From Sphingosinicella sp. (GTDB taxonomy: Bacteria > Pseudomonadota > Alphaproteobacteria > Sphingomonadales > Sphingomonadaceae): a stretch of DNA of 64,000 nt. Under the pieces are notes generated by a model that worked only from the letters and a program-made list of their open reading frames with translations, searched no databases and was not told the origin of the DNA. The position numbers and the translations under genes were made by a program. Where the stretch lies: positions 33,639 to 97,638 of the forward strand of contig NZ_JACESP010000014.1 in assembly GCF_013911755.1 (NCBI RefSeq). The letters are read 5' to 3'. Below, piece after piece: positions 63,992 through 64,000 of the stretch (positions are counted from its first letter, which is position 1; every line of letters starts with the position of its first letter).

Positions 63992-64000
63992 AGATGGCTT

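Overview
This is a high-GC chromosomal segment. The gene content looks alphaproteobacterial and Sphingomonadales-like, which is an inference. I support about 75 protein genes and 4 tRNAs (Met-CAT x2, Gln-CTG, Lys-TTT). I found no rRNA, CRISPR array or transposase. Most long ORFs in the six-frame track that lie antisense to recognisable genes are GC-driven shadow ORFs, and I rejected them.

The core content is ordinary: trxB, a class A PBP, moaED-pgsA, uvrC, folB/folK, tonB-exbB-exbD-exbD, phaZ/bdhA, a TerC-family gene, ABC and ABC-F ATPases, a two-component system, ppx-rlmE-aguAB, a family-4 UDG and a GST/HxlR/MAPEG detoxification cluster.

The main points of interest are:
1. An 11.8 kb island (42057-53825) is integrated in the 3' end of tRNA-Gln and bounded by a perfect 26-bp direct repeat. 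Its layout resembles a phage satellite: integrase, an RHH-controlled divergent switch, an AlpA-like gene, a toprim primase and a RepA-like helicase. It also carries several unknown small genes, one of them below the ORF-track cutoff. A lone tail tape-measure gene is its only virion gene. A truncated inverted copy of an island gene is fused exactly at the tape-measure stop codon.
2. A candidate sRNA (about 3765-3880) has repeated CCUCCC anti-Shine-Dalgarno loops.
3. A Fur-box-flanked iron locus (28.8-35.9 kb) combines PepSY-TM, DUF2271 (with a DGITGAT flavinylation-type motif), DUF4198 and ApbE with TonB, PiuC and a TonB-dependent receptor. The ApbE gene lacks a canonical start codon.
4. A long leader with a translationally coupled 19-codon uORF precedes the TerC gene.
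5. A second integration site seems to begin after the tRNA-Met at the right window edge.

All family calls come from motifs read by eye. No database search was run.
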